Source: a virus (lineage: Duplodnaviria > Heunggongvirae > Uroviricota > Caudoviricetes). Taken from it: 64,000 nt of DNA. A program made the translations under genes and the position numbers. The notes below the pieces were generated by a model that had not been told where the DNA came from, searched no databases, and saw nothing but the letters and a program-made list of their open reading frames with translations. This document shows positions 63,224 to 64,000 of this stretch, one piece after another. The stretch is taken from the IMG/VR virus record IMGVR_UViG_3300035208_001992. The stretch is one strand, 5' to 3'. How positions within the stretch are numbered: position 1 is the first letter of the stretch; each line of letters starts with the position of its first letter.

Positions 63224-64000
63224 GCTATTTTCCTGTATGTAAGCTTGCGTGCTTCTTGCTCATAAGGTTGCCAGTGTATGCCTTTGGCTGCTCGAGCAAG
63301 CGCTTCACGGCTGAACTTCTTAAGAACTTCAATCACGTCATCAACATTGTCGTAAGTTACTCTGACGTGCTTTGCAAAATACATGTAGCCAATGCGAAAA
63401 ACATCTTCATCATTTTCATATGTGCGCTCAACAAGCGCATCTATAACGAGGCCTTCTTCATCACACCAAAGGCCAATGACTCGTTGACGTAAGTCCAGTC
63501 CGCGATCTATGTTACTAAGCTCTCGTATGGCTGCGTCATGTCTAAGTCCATACGGACTCAAGCCGTACTCGTGCGCAAGCTTGAATGGGTACGTATCAGC
63601 TTCGACTGCAACGCGCGCACTAACGTCTTTGTCTTCTATTTCTTCTATTTCTTCTACTTCTTCCGCAGACCCATCAGAAGTTTTGTCGAAGTATTTGGCG
63701 GCAGAAGGAGTGACTTTGAATTTTATGCCGGGCTTGTGAGCTTTGTAGACAGGATGCGTGTTGTTGCCTGGAAGGACGCCATATACAGCTTTGCCAAACG
63801 AATTGGCGTTCCTAAAAACAATGCCATCATAGCCTGAGTTTTTCAGAAGAGCAGCGAATTCAAGACTGCCACCAATCGTTTCACGAAGTATGAAGTATGG
63901 CTTTTTTGGAACATCTCCACCTTTATATTGCTCATAATTGATGCCGTCATTAGGATGATGTATCATCACGTTGCTGCCGTTCACATAGAACGACTGCACA
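63220..64000 (-). CDS. hypothetical protein, probably 3' part only (may start beyond window), with a VSARVAVE linker
   Basis: ORF open to the window edge; linker Val at 63624; contains GYDGIVF. Confidence 0.7.
   Translation of the reverse strand, partial: VQSFYVNGSNVMIHHPNDGINYEQYKGGDVPKKPYFILRETIGGSLEFAALLKNSGYDGIVFRNANSFGKAVYGVLPGNNTHPVYKAHKPGIKFKVTPSAAKYFDKTSDGSAEEVEEIEEIEDKDVSARVAVEADTYPFKLAHEYGLSPYGLRHDAAIRELSNIDRGLDLRQRVIGLWCDEEGLVIDALVERTYENDEDVFRIGYMYFAKHVRVTYDNVDDVIEVLKKFSREALARAAKGIHWQPYEQEARKLTYRKIA

Noticed and set aside
1-64000. Plus-strand ORFs in the track (e.g. 17352..18161, 45662..46543, 55817..56662)
   Set aside because: They lie antisense to well-supported, tightly coupled minus-strand genes and show no recognisable motifs, so they are shadow ORFs.
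1-64000. tRNA or rRNA genes
   Set aside because: Intergenic gaps are short and none showed a cloverleaf or T-loop pattern by eye. tRNAscan-SE would confirm.

Overview
The window is 64 kb of a large (probably jumbo) tailed-phage genome. Every credible gene lies on the minus strand, is densely packed with overlapping start/stop codons and AGGAG/GGAG Shine-Dalgarno sites, and uses genetic code 11. In transcription order (right to left) it contains: (i) putative head-associated or processed proteins with a recurring V-x-A-R-V-A-x-E linker, plus an Hjc-like PD-(D/E)xK nuclease (58.7-64 kb); (ii) a tail/baseplate/receptor-binding module with beta-helix, Fn3-associated/chitobiase-C, PKD and beta-propeller fibre proteins, an embedded GT2 glycosyltransferase, a NUDIX hydrolase and a holin-like gene (28-58.6 kb); (iii) a 1972-aa SNF2-family helicase, two paralogous tube/baseplate-like genes, a HEXXH protein and a class II ribonucleotide reductase, nrdJ (13.8-28 kb). 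The main novelty is 1-13.7 kb, an array that runs off the left edge. Of its 24 gene units, 23 begin with the same 7-residue tag M-[ASPT]-R-H-[AMG]-x-E. Four are 54-60 aa mini-genes missed or mis-started by the ORF track, and one is split by a frameshift. The DNA encoding the tag often also carries the stop codon of the previous gene. Two sub-operons are preceded by the same 39-bp promoter-like motif. Functions of the array are inferred, not established. No database searches were run.
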